From Carcharhinus amblyrhynchos (lineage: Eukaryota), in contig OZ336878.1 of assembly GCA_965287045.1 (NCBI GenBank), positions 42,160,001 to 42,224,000 on the forward strand: DNA of 64,000 nt, given 5' to 3'. Shown here piece after piece: positions 12,621 through 26,084 of the stretch; the first letter of the stretch is position 1; each line of letters begins with the position of its first letter. A program made the position numbers and the translations under genes. The notes beneath the pieces were generated by a model. It did not search any database, had not been told where the DNA came from, and saw only the letters and a list, made by a program, of their open reading frames with translations.

Positions 12621-13220
12621 TACTGCTTTCATTAAAAATTCAAGGCCATTTCAAATTTGCTGATAAGTGGCTGTAGAAAACTTCCTATGACAGAGTCTTC
12701 CACTAAAACAATGCAAATATGGTCACATTTCAGCTAATAGCAAATAAAGTCATAATTTCAAGAAATTTCATGCACCTTAGAAAAATAATTTGCTAATGTT
12801 CTAAGTTTTGTGCTGAAATATAAAACATTTGGGCTTTTTAGAAATGGGAGCACCATCAAATTTAATCTTTTAGTTTTTATTGTATTTTATAAATGTTGAA
12901 GGTACTCAGATGAAATTGTAATCATTACCTATTCCACCAATGAAAGGATTAACTTGTCACTTCAAATTAAATGGTAAATGAACATATTTCAAATGAAGGA
13001 CTTTATTGAAATACTGTGGTCTCTTATGCAGAAAAAAGCCAAAACGATTACTTCAGTTATATTTCAAATGCATTCAATTTTGGAAAATCTATAGATATCC
13101 TTGGTAACAAAATAAGTCCCAAGTTTTTGTCTTGCACAAGCATTTTCATAAAAGTAGAAATTCTTTTATAACCATGGAGCAATCAAGTTTTTGTATTTCA
13201 TGAACATTTTTGGTGCTTAC

Positions 13221-13430
13221 CACCATTGGTTTGCAGATGCCAAGGCGGACTTTGCCAGTCGGAGAGTCTTTCAGAGCCTGAACAGCTTCCCCCAAAGCAG
13301 TATTCTCTAGATTGTGGTCATTGACAAAGACGAGCCGATCCCCGGGTAGCACCCTGCCATCACATTCAGCAACCCCACCAACCACCAAAGAGCGGATAAC
13401 AATAACAGTACGTGCGGGATCTAAAGGATC
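13221..13430 (-). CDS. PATJ: PATJ exon H (rest of PDZ5), 210 bp, phase 0->0
   Basis: ctgcag|GATCCT...ATGGTG|gtaagc; [37 protein letters not shown]...LGICKPMV (PATJ-type LGICKP); follows a 27.8 kb intron. Confidence 0.95.
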
Positions 13431-14192
13431 CTGCAGAGGGAGCCAAAGACCATAAGAAGTAAGTTAGATTAAAAGATTTAAAGCAAGCTCAGACAAAGGT
13501 ACACAGCACACATAAAAAGCACCCATAGCTAAAAGAATATATTAATTCCACATGCTTTCGTTGTAATGCACTTTACCAAGGCATTAATCAACAAATATTC
13601 CTTGGAAAATGTATACTTTCCAGGTCGTTTATTTTGCATAAGCATACCAGACTAACAAAGCCATTGTTAAGTTCAGCACTTCTTGTGAAAAAGGAGAACC
13701 AAATGCTTAACAATATTAATAACATCTATCGGTCAAGGAAAAATGCCAAAAAGGAAATTCAAGCAAGCATAAGGTACGCTGTGTCACTGTACCAGCAGTG
13801 TCACTGAATTATATGTAATTCAACATGCAATTAGCTCCTAATCATAGCAATACCATTAGAGAAGAACCACACTCTCTCAGGAAAGAAGGGGGTTACTAAA
13901 GGGGCAGTCCTCAGCTCGAATCACCTATGCCTCGTTGCGCTAGGGACCCAGGTTGAATTCCCATCTTGGGTCACGGCAGAGACACATGTAATGAAATTAT
14001 TAAACAAAAGCTGCAGTAACTATTACAAGTTACAAGGCAACAGTCATTCGTAAAAAGAGACTGTGTCAGGGACAGCAAGCAGCTCCTGGTGAAAAAATTG
14101 GTTCATATAGTTTCTCCTGATTTCACAGTGGAAAAGGTATATTATTGTATAATACAACCAGCAGTCAATTAATAAAAGGCCAGTTACCATAC

Positions 14193-14463
14193 AAAGTTTA
14201 TTTATTAGTCACAAGTAAGGCTTACATTAACAATGCAATGAAGTCACTGTGAAATTCCCCTACTCGCCACAATCCGGTGCCTGTTCAGGTCAATGCACCT
14301 AACCAATTTGTCTTTCAGGCTGTGGGAGGAAACCAGAGCACCCAGAGGAAACCCATGCAGACACAGAAACAACATGCAAACTCCACACAGACAATGACCC
14401 AAGCCAGGAATCAAACTCGGGTGCCTGGTGCTATGGCACAGCAGTGCTAACCACTGTGCCACA
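14193..14463 (-). mobile_element. tRNA-derived V-type SINE with AATAAATAAACTTT tail
   Basis: A/B boxes (tggcacagtggttag; gagtttgattcc) and V-core gggtttcctctgggtgctctggtttcctccca. Confidence 0.85.
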
Positions 14464-16639
14464 TGTATTTGAGCTGGCAAATGTGAAGTTCTGTTTTCCC
14501 CCAGTCAAAAGCAATGTGGGTATGCAGTATGCTAAACATAGCCTACGCTGTACTACATAGTACAGTGTGTTTGAAGCTTCAAACGAACAGAATATTGCAC
14601 TCTCTGCAACCATATTTCAGGAAACAAAAAGCATTAAAAATAACCAACATGGAAAAAAAGTATCCATGCAATATAACATTAATAAATTTGACTTGTTCTT
14701 ATAGGTGGAGATCACAGTTTCCCACATTGGGAGAAGCAGAATTAGTACTCTGAGAAATTGGATTTTGGAACTTCCAGTAGCTCTATGTAAAACATGTAAA
14801 TGTTAATAATGCAAATATTAATCATTAATATCACAAAACCTTTGTTAATTACTTATTATTCCATTTGCTGTATTTCTATGAAATCTTCTGAAACCAAATG
14901 TTTTTAAATGTTCTCAATATTATTCTGTTTATGCATATTAATATGTTGGTAAAAGTAACAGTATAAATTTATAACATGTAATTAATGTTCGCAAATTAAC
15001 ATACACTTATTAACTGACTTTCTGGCATGCTTATGAAAAAGCAACTAACCCAATCCTGTTTCTGCATTATAAAAAAGTTTTCCATTGTGACAATTGTGCA
15101 CTAATAACATACAAATCCATACGAGTCACAACAGAATCAGGTCTGAAGATATCCTGTTACACATTCCCTCAGTTTATTCAAAATAACATGCACAGTCTAC
15201 AAGACTGAACTACTCATGCACTGGAATCAGCTCGTAAACATGTATGAGAAGTTAAGAAATTTACAATTCAGTTAAGTAATCTAGAAAAATATTTTTCAGA
15301 CTTCTTACAGTGAAAAGGCTGATAAGATTCCTGGAATGGAAATTTTCTGAATTTCTTATAATTTATTTCTCAATTGGACCTTGTGACTGGAAACATACTG
15401 GGCTAAAGCAACTTTTGTACTTAAGCAATTTATCAGGCTTTAACTCTAAATTAATACTTTTTCAAGTAAAAATTTGTAAAACTCCTGAGCATTCTGCCAT
15501 AAAAATAAGGAAAACAGAACAGTCAAACCTCTGTGATGTGAGCTGTTAAATTTTAGCGATGTGTATATCTGTTCCATCCACACACATATCAAAATTGTAT
15601 AACGGAATATGAATACTTGTAAAAAGTCGCCAATTCTCCCAAATGTCATTACTGTTAATTGTGAATTTGGTTAACTTATAGCTAAAGTGGAAGACAGTGA
15701 ATTTAAAATACAGCAAAGGTTGTCACACACTTAAAAAGGCAATTTGGTTATTGTTTGTCCTTACCGAAACAAAATTATTCTTTAAATAATGGCCTCCTGA
15801 GAAAGTAGAAACTTATTAGATGAGAATAGGAATATAACAGTAGACCATTTAGCCCTGCAAGCCAGTAATCAACAAGATCATGGCTGATTCTGCGACAAAG
15901 CTCCATATACCCTTCACTAGCTTTACACCATTTAGAAAACATCCTATTGCATCCCTTCATGTCGAAAGTGGATGATGTCATAATTGTTTAATACTGAACT
16001 TCAACTGACAGTTTTGCATACTCATGTCTATCCATATCTCTTTGTAATGTTATGCTTCCATCCACACTGCTTTATATATCATCTATCTTTGAGTAATTGG
16101 CTGTAACTTTCTGGCTCCTGGCCTCAGATTTGGGTGGGTACCCCAAATATGTGCTGTGGAACCACTCTCAGAAGTTCTCAGCTAAGGGAAAAGATGGCAA
16201 TTGCTAACTTCCTCCAGACAATTGCACTGCGCTGGGAACCATCAAAAGCACTTCTAGCTTCAATGTAATTATTTTAAAGATCCAGACCAAATCTCTAGGG
16301 ACTCCCCCCACCCCACTCAATTTGACCCCCACACACATGACTCAACCCACCCCCAACGTCTGGCCCGAACCTCATCCTGTTGAATGTCCAAATCAAGAAA
16401 CCCCAGATATCCGACTACTGACGCCTCCTCGATGACAATGCCAACTCCCCCCGATATCCAAACTCCCAGCCCTAATGTCTGACACCCCATCCTCCCACAT
16501 TCCTTGCACTAACTTTGGATCTTTCCTGCTCTCTGGCCGCTTATTTTCTTTTCTTTTAAATATTTTTAAGATTTTCCATTTTACCCCAAAATCCACTGCA
16601 GCACAATAATCATCATTCCACCTATGCACACAGAAAAGG

Positions 16640-19600
16640 CTGGCAAATATCTGAACAATTGGTTTCGATTATCAATTACAATTCATTGCCATCGTAATCA
16701 GTACCTCCCTTTGCATGGATAACGAAAGGATATTGCAAAGAGTGGGGATATCAGGATAAAGCCATGAGTACAATGGTGCACATCCTTGCTCACAGGATAA
16801 CAAGGACCGAGCTACATAGCATAAGAGAGCTCCTGTAGGGTTAAGTACAACCATTTGGAGTGTAAAAAGCACCCCAAAATCTCCAAACAATGAAAGGGTA
16901 CCCAGAAAGAGAGGAACATCAAGATAAACTCCAAACCCAACACGTGGCGTTGACAGTGTACACTCTCACATACAGGATAACAGGAGCAAAGCTACACAGC
17001 CTCACAGGGAGAATGCTGATAAAACAGAGCCCAGGTATCTAAACTTATCCTCAGCCCCACCCCGATAACAGGGCACATTCCACTAGAAGTATAATCTCCA
17101 CATCTTTGAAATACCTGCTCCCCTTGCCTACACAGCTTAAGAAAGTAAGTGACATTGAGATGGATGAAAGAAGAGCCAAAAAGCTAAGGATGCTAACACC
17201 CCACTTGGGCTCACCAAAAAATAAATCTCACTCATCTCCAGTCACACCATCAGTCGGAAAATTGAACCTGTTTCCCCATGAAGGAGACCCCACCAACCAG
17301 AAGAAGGAGAACCATCAAACCATTCATTCACAAGCTAGATATCTCAGGGAGATACAATCCTCTCCTCATGACATGATAAGGGAAACCCCGTAGGACTAAA
17401 TATAACAAGTCAGAGCCATTATCAGCACGCCACTTAGCCAGATAGCAAGAGGAAATCTCAGAGAGAGAGGAACACCAGGATAAGACAATAGGCATAAGAC
17501 ATGGTTTGACAATGTATACTCTCGAATGCAGGATATCAGGAACAGTGCTACGTAACCTCAGAGGAGAAATGCAGAACCCAAGTAACTGGGCTCACACTCA
17601 GGCCCTGCAAAAAAAAAGATACTATTCTCCCAGGGGAACCAAACCCCCAGAAGGAGGGTGGACCAGAAGTCCTCAAAACGGAACGTCTCTAGGGAGGTCA
17701 ACCTACTCCCTTGCCCAATATATCTTCCACAGGATCTGGGAATGGATAATCAGAGTTGCTACTGCCCTAACTTACTCAGCCAAGGAAAGCAATTACACAA
17801 TTAAAAGGACTGACAGGCCAGCATTACTTACACTACCCCTGGGCTTCAATAAAGCAAACTTCCCCAATCTCCAGTCACACCAGAGGTGCCATTCAGGATC
17901 AACAGGTTTCCAACAATCACCCCTCCATCAAGGAAACCCTAGCAACAGAGGGAGGAGTTGTCCAGACATCCACAGCAAGGATATCCCCGGAAGGACAAGA
18001 ATCTCTTCCCCCCAACAGGATGATGTGCTCACCATACACTCTCAAAGCCAAACTACTAAGTAACCATTGTTGCAACCCACGCATCCAAGGAAAACAACCC
18101 AAGAAAGGCTAGACAACCAAGGACTCCCCAACCATATTTGGGCTTGCACCAGTAAATATTTCCCCAAGCTCCTCAGAGGTGCCAACGAAAATAAAACTCA
18201 ATCTCTTCCAGGATACATGATCTGTCTGCACCTTCACCTTTAACCCCAAAAATAACAAAAATACAAAAGAAAATCCAAAATCATTAGTTCTAATGGAGGT
18301 TTTCCTCACCCACTATGAGAACTTATAAGGCCATACCCACCAACTCTACATCAAACCACTTGCTCACCAACCTGCAGTGGTGCTACTCATATTATACATT
18401 AAAGTAAAATATATTATATCATGTAATCTTCCATTATAAATGCCATACAAAAACAAAAACAATCAATTAGTAAATTTTGCACAACCCTAATGCCATACAA
18501 CTATCCCAGCTCACTCCCCAATAGAACGATGGAAACCCATTAGCAGTCCACAAGCAAAGGAAATATCAGTGACAATTTAAATTTGACACAGGTCCAGAGC
18601 AAAGTGGGCAGACCCACTTACCCACCCCATTCCCCCGGAACCACAAGGGAAGTCCAAGATTGAATGTAAGTAAAACACTTAAAATCAAGGTCTTCCTCAC
18701 TCCATTGTCAAAGTATACCAGTGGATGAATTCCATAATAAATAAGTGGATATCCCTGGGCTTTCAGAGGATAATAGGATTACATATGACACATGCCTTGG
18801 TGCTCATATATCACACCAAACACCCTTGTCAAGATAAAAAGACAACATCACAAAATCAGGATTATAATCACAAAGGAAGTAGTTCAGGCTTAATGATGAA
18901 CTATAGAATACAGGCATCCACAAAGCTTGAAAAGGCCAAAGCCTTGACTGCATTGCTGAGCAACATTAAGTATCCATCCATAGTTTCACCAAGGTCTCTA
19001 ACACCTCCATTTTGTTATCGCTCAGAAGCCCCAGCAGAACAAGCAGCCTTGGCCCCAGATGAGGTCCCATCGTGTCCGGCTGCCTCAGCCCTTCTCGATA
19101 AACACTGAAGTCAAGACAATGTATGACCAGCAATTGGTATCTATAAGCCACCCCAGATCTTGAAGATCAAATGCTGTATGTCTCTTCTGAAAAGCCCAGC
19201 TTTCAAATCATGATTACGAAACGATGGCAGCTAGTTCTCAAATTCAACAGGGAATTTATCCTCAATTCCCTTCGGGAGATCAGGTGATAGTTTCTTCAGT
19301 GGAGGCACACCTTCAGCCCTTGAAAATCCTGCCATATGGTATCTCAGACAGACATTCTGGTTAAATCAGGGAGGTAGGGCTGGAGGAGTATCCGTCTTTC
19401 TGACTTACAGGATTCTTTTCTCCACTTCAACCATTTTATTTCAAATAGTTTGCAGTTTATCAATGTGAGCAAAACTTATTTGTGCTAAGGAGCCAAGACT
19501 ATTATCCACAACCTTACTCACAATGCAGCCATCATCTTGATGTCTATAACATTGCCAGAGCACAAGTCCATTCACTAGCTAAACCACCACTGCAAACAAA

Positions 19601-19700
19601 GCCCCACCCTGGCAGTCTCTGACCATCTTGATCAAACATGGATTTTCTTGGCTTTTCTCAGCTCCCCATCACCCAAACTTAACCAAGATCATTCAGAAAC
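16640..19700 (-). mobile_element. Highly decayed L1-clade-like element
   Basis: Frameshifted ORF1-like patch near 19300 (RNYHL..LPKGIEDKFPVEF, cf. RNNLRIVGLPEG) and a VDVW endonuclease-like patch near 17970; weak. Confidence 0.35.
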
Positions 19701-19819
19701 ATAGTATGGAGTCTACACACCAGGATTAGATCATTATGGGTTGTATATCAGGATAATTAAAAGGATTAAAAAATGAATAGCATTAGATCTCGTGAAAATG
19801 CAGCTATTCCCACGCTTAC

Positions 19820-20336
19820 ATTAGAACATAGAACACTACAGCACAAACAGGCCCTTCAGCCCACAAGTTGCGCCGATCACATCTATACCTACCAAACCAT
19901 AGAACTATCTGTAACTTCCAATGCCATTAGATCCCATACACTCATCCAGAAGTCTTTTAAAAGACCCCAGCGAGTTCGCCTCTACCACCACAGATGGCAG
20001 CCGATTCCACTCACTCACCATCCTCTGAGTGAAAAACTTTCCCCTATCTCCTCTGTACTTGCTTCGCAGCACCTTAAACCTGTGTCCTCTCGTAGCGATC
20101 ATTCCAGCCCTGGGAAATAGCCTCCGAGAATCCACCCGACCTATTCCTCTCAACATTTTATAAACCTCTCAACCTTCGTCTCTCCAGGGAGAAGAGACCT
20201 AGCTCCCTCAACCTATCTTCATAAGGCATGCCTCCCAATCCAGGCAACATCCTTGTAAATCTCCTCTGCACCCTCTCAATAGCTTCCACATCCTTCCTGT
20301 AGTGAGGCGACCAGAACTGCGCACAGTACTCCAAGT
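19820..20336 (-). mobile_element. CR1 3' fragment of a distinct subfamily
   Basis: [33 protein letters not shown] and FFTQRMVSEWNRLP; ttctatgttcta tail. Confidence 0.9.
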
Positions 20337-20699
20337 AACATGACATAAATCTGGCCTGTGACTTAAAATGGGATCTTTAAATTCATCCGCTTTAGCGTCG
20401 TAAAAAAAGATGGCCTGTCCTCTTTCACTCCACTTCTTTTGGACGTTGATGCTGGAACCAGGGATGTGCTGTGCTGCCTGAATCTCACCCAGATTGAATC
20501 AGTAAGGTCAGGTGAGACAAGCACTTAAGAGCTTTAGAGCAGATAAATGGGCATGGAGTGGCAATATAATGCTAATTTTCACTCCAAGAAGGTTATGGCC
20601 CATTAACACAACTCTTTTTTTCCATTCATGGCTGAACCGGGTTCATAACTTGCATTCAACACCATGGGCTTCAACTTTAGCAAGAATCTCTGACAAGGT

Positions 20700-21760
20700 G
20701 CTTGAGCAAATGTTGCCTGGAAATCCATCAAATAACATTCAAAGACATTCCCCTGTCCATTGCTTTAGTTACCTCTTCAAAAAATTCAATCATATTCATC
20801 AAGCATGACTAGTCGTTTACAAATCAATGCTGGTACTCTCAGATCAGGTGGGAACTCATAAGGCGTTCAGTCACCCTGCCCTTAATTATAGAGTCTAGCA
20901 ATTTCTCGATAACTGCTAACAAATCTAGAATTCCCTGATTTCCCTCCATCGCCTTTCTTATATAATGGGAGTGCCATGTGCAATTCCCCAATCTAAAGGA
21001 ATGATTCCTATGTCAGGAGAACTTTGGAAAGTTAAAGTATAGTCAGGACATCTGCAATGTTCACATCCATCTCTCTTCAAACCCTGAGATAGAAACCAAT
21101 GGATGCGGCACCACTTTGTCGTGCCATTAATTTCTCCATTACTGTTACCTTGTTTATGTTAATTTTGTTGAGTCCATGATTCAATGATCGTTCTCATGGG
21201 ATGCCTGACATCTCTTTTTCAACTGCAAGTACTGACACAAAGTAATACTTTAGCATGTCCACCATTTCTTTATTTTCATTGAAACTGATAATTGTGATTT
21301 TGTCAAAGTTCCCTCATCATCCTATGTTCCCAATTTAATTGGAAAAATTTTGTGTGTTGATTTTAATGTCCCTTGTAAAGTTCCTTTTGTACTGTGTTTT
21401 TATAGTTTATACAATCTCTTTGGTCCTTTTGTATTTTTCCCAGCTTCCAGGATCTGTGACGTTTTCTCAATTTTTATTTATTTTTTCTTTTACTTTGATG
21501 TTGTCTCTTACCTAAGTATCCATGGGGGTGACATTTTTTGGCAAGAACTCTTGCCCATTAGGGATATAAACTGCTTCTGCGACACATTTTTTGCATACCT
21601 TCCATTAATAATCTGTTGTTTAACTCATTAATATAGTTGTCTTTTGATGTGATCCAACTGAAGTCATCTTTACCTAAATCTAGAGTTTCAATAGCTGTTT
21701 CATGTTTCTCCCTTTCAAATACTACCCTGAATTTGATGACACAATTGTTATTTGATAAAT
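20700..21760 (-). mobile_element. Old CR1 ORF2 remnant
   Basis: Decayed QHxFVNDxSCLMNMIEFFEEVT-like and endonuclease-end patches. Confidence 0.6.
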
Positions 21761-24699
21761 GTTGTAACTTAAAATATAAATGAGTGCTAACTAAAAAAGC
21801 AGAGTCACATTCATAAAACAAAAAGATTCAACTGCCAAAATCGCTGCACTGCACATTATCCCAAACTTAAAAAGTGGTCAAAAGATCTGCACTCAAACTG
21901 ATGCTGCTGCTGTACAGAAACATATCAGTTGAAGGGGCACAATGGTGTCCGAGGATAACTGTCCAGGCAAACTTTTCTTCCTGCAGGCACTTGCACACAT
22001 GCATCCACTGCTCTAACCTAAACTCTAAATCATGACAGAACAGCGGCGATTGGTCATTGACGAATTGACAGCTTGCAAGCATCCTGTTACCACGTGGCAC
22101 AATGTGTTTCTGGTCCAAAAGCTTGCAGATATCACAACTCTCTGGGCTGCAACATTCTCAAAATCTGATATGGTTCAATACAAAGCTCTTTTTTGGCTTT
22201 ATAGTTATTGTTGCATCATTAGACTGGGTAATACCATGAGGTATAATTCTCTATATCAATCGCATCTACATTATTCGTATATATCAATGACTATTCTCAA
22301 TATAAATCAAAAACTACAATAATGAAGCATGTCACACACAAAAAAAAATCAGTTGCCTAACAGAGTTTCATAAAATATCACAGGCAATCAAACTCACAAT
22401 AAAATATATTTTTGCCAATTGACTTGTTGGAACTGCTTGAAAGAATGGGTTTAAAAGTTGCATGTGAGCAAAATTTCCTATTCTTTCAGTAGGCAAATAT
22501 AATTTTCAGATATGCCTTATGTAAATTCCATCTATAATGGATGCTGCAATTATATTTCCCTTCATCTGATTTACAGAACACAAAATATAGCTTTAACATT
22601 TCAACACATTGGCCCAGATTTCACTTGGAAAATAATGAAGAGTTTTATGTGCATGCTGTTATAAGTTATAAATAACCCAGCAATTTATGGTGTGAAAGGG
22701 ACACACCTCGTTGCAAATCACCACAAATTGCTGGACTATTTGAGCAGCTAACTTAACATGAGCATCTTGAAAATGACAGCTCAGCACCAAACTTTTTGCA
22801 TGTTTCAAGAATTTACTGCATTTATGCTTTTAAAATAAATTAAAATCACCACAGAGTTAGGGTTAAGACTGAACAACAACAATCCATTTGATGATAAGAT
22901 TTATGATCCTGGCACGCCACTCAGTCCCTCCAGTCCAGAAGAGAAACAATTGAAACTTTAGAGTCTTACTTCTGCATTTAGCAAACTGCTTTTAGAAATG
23001 TCTAAAATGTGCATGTTAATTTTTTTTAAATTTATATCTTTTTATCTCTCTTAATACAATCTTCTTTCCCTGTGCTTTATTTGTCTCTAACACACTCTAT
23101 TTACCTTTCAATCTCAATTCTTTTCCTCTATCATCAAATCACATTGGTTAATCAGGTAAGCCATTGGTTCCATCAATCACCAAAATCTTAGATGTCCCAT
23201 CATCAACTGCACTACCAGTAAATTGCCATGCAAAACATTTTCAAAGTGAAAAGTGGAGAAAGGATTCTTATAAATGGTCCGTGCTTCAGGAAATTATGAG
23301 TCGCGCAGTCACTAGTAGACCTCCCATTATGGACTCAAAGACCCTGCCATAGAGCAATTGAAAAAGTTAACATTCTACTGAAAAGTTAATATTCTGCTGA
23401 AATCCTATTTTTCATATCAAATACTTGACAAAGTTTTAAAAATGCCACAAATTATTCATGTCACCCACATTAAAAATTATAGTGGGAGTTTTATTTCTGA
23501 AATAATTTGCTCATTAAAATTTTAAAAAAACCAAAAGGGAAAAAATGAAAAGCATTTCAATGATGCTTACAAATCCTCTTTAAGTGTGTGTTTTTTGTAA
23601 GGTAATGCTCATACTATCCAGATGGTAAATACAAAAAGAAAATACACTCAGTTTTACAGCTGGTGTCAATCACATTCTCTGGACCCCGGGGAAATGGTCT
23701 GCATACAGAAAGACAGCATTTCATCTGGAACATGCGCTTAAATGCATAGTTAATTTGTACTGAAAACTTTACTCTGTGCTAAATAAAGTACAATTTATAG
23801 GAAATGTCTTTATTCCAAGGTTATTATAACCTTGTTGACCAGTTTAAATTACAAGCAACTTAAATTTTCCACTGTATTACGAATGATCTAAATTGAATTA
23901 TTAAGGTCAGAATATTGTGTTTCTTCAGTTAACTCTTTAAAGTTTGAGTAACGAGTATGCTTGCAGCACTTTCAACAAAAAAAGGAAAACTTGCTGCACA
24001 GATTTAATTACACAATGAACTAAGTTTGACACTTCTGGCAGCAATAGTTATGTCTTCTAATTCCAAAATTATGATAGTTCTCTCATTAATTGTTCTTAAA
24101 TTATTTTCCCGTCATTTAATTTATCATTTTCAATGCTATTCTTTTTCAGCTTTTTCCTTACAAATCATCACAAAAGTAATATATTTTATCATCATACTTT
24201 CTCAATTCCTAATTTCCAGCTTCAGAGTTCATAATAGTGGAATTCAGAGTTCTTTATACTTTTAAGTTTCTTTGTTATGCAATGTTTTTGAATATGTTTA
24301 AAATCTTTTATATTTCTTTGTATTGGTAATACCTATTTGGCAGAACTGTCATCAAAATCTTTGGTCAGAAGCTGTTTTCTATCCAGCCAGGGTACATCCA
24401 AAAATTAAACAAGTACCAGAAGTTAAAACCTTGTGTTTAAAAACAGCTTCTAGCTTGGCAAACAAATAAAAATTGAAACAAATCAGTTAGCCAAATTCTA
24501 CAGTTTACTTTAACATGTGATCCTATCACAAATGATACAATTTTAAGTAACTAAACATTCTTTTCAAAAGATGTAATTTAATAACAGACCAAATTAGTTA
24601 AGCCAACCAAGCTTACACGTTATACAGACCCCACGCAAACATGAAATGCTAAACATAAATTGTTTAGAAACCAATGTGACTTTTTAATAAATAAAACAA

Positions 24700-25770
24700 T
24701 AGAAATATAGAAAGCTTACATCATAGAAGGAAGCCATTCAGCCTGTTGTGTTCTTGCTGGTTCTCTGCAAGAACAACATTGCTGATTACATACTCTCATC
24801 TTTCCCCATAACACAGTATTTTTTTGTCTTAGGTACTTACGCAATTCCCCTCTGAAAGCCGCAGTGCATTCCTGTCCGCACAACTTGAAATGTGAAGCTT
24901 CTCATGGCATTATTGTTTCTTTTGCCAATCACCATAAATCAGTGCCCTCTGGTTCTTGACCCTGCTGCCAACAGCAACAGTCTCTCCCCATCTGCTCTGT
25001 TGAGGACCTTCATGATCTTGAACCCCTCCATTCAATCTTTCAATCTTTTCTTCTCTAAGCTTAGCAGCACCAGCTTCTGTGATCTATTCTAATAAACAAA
25101 GTCTCTCATCTTTGGAACCATTCTCATCGACATTTGTGATACCCTCTCTAAAGCCTTCACATCCTGTCTTTATTGTTCCATCCAGAATTGGACATAATAC
25201 TCAGGTTCAGGCTGAACCAGTATTTTATAAAGATTTATCTTAACCTCCATGCATTTGCATATTTATCAAGTACAGGATGCAATTGCCTTTTAAACCATAT
25301 TCCTAACTTGTCTTGCTTCTGAACTTCTTATATGGAACCCGGTTCTCATTTGCATTATTAACTTGACATCTATTATACACTCCTTTACACTGTTTCATCT
25401 AACTTCTTATTCCTTTTGTCATTAAGGAGTTGGTTGATCTACCTTTCTACCTTGGGGAAACATATCTCAATTGTACCTGAACTATTTCCAATTTTAAGAG
25501 AGCCCATTGTTCCTTTTGTCTTTCAAGTATTCAAATTACCCGAGGCATATCCATTCTCATCCCACTGATATTGGCCCTTCGCCAATTAAGTATTTTTAGT
25601 CTGGATTGCTTCGTGTCCTTTTCCATAAATAAACTAAACCTTATGACACCGTGATCATAGCTCCCTAAATGGTTCACTCCTGATATTTGATCCACCTCAT
25701 TTCCGAGAACAAGATCGAGCAATGCAGCTTCCCTGTTGGGCAAGAAATATACTGATCCTTAAAATATTCT
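24700..25770 (-). mobile_element. Old CR1 remnants (3' end and endonuclease)
   Basis: PNREAALLDLVLGNE..HLGSYDH..ILNWRRAN; CR1 3'UTR at about 24700-24760. Confidence 0.75.
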
Positions 25771-26084
25771 TTTTTAATGATGACATTTATGGAGGGCTGA
25801 AGGTCATAAATTGAGCTCAAAAGATTTGTTAAATAAATATTCTAAATTCAAAATTGATAAAACTGAAAAAAGGAAACAGAATATGTCCATCATAAACAGG
25901 AACAAAATCCATTACAAATATTGTAGAGATAGGAACTCCAGAGACATTACTAAATTATTTCCAAAATTCTATCCCAATGATACTTGACCAATTAACTGCT
26001 TGGCAGTTTTAGCAGAAACTTTTACCAGGGTTGAACTTGTTAACTAATTCTCTATCGTAACCAAGGAATTTCTTATGAAAAATG

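Noticed and set aside
17506-18063. 185-aa plus-strand ORF
   Set aside because: No recognisable motif; lies in a compositionally biased, decayed repeat.
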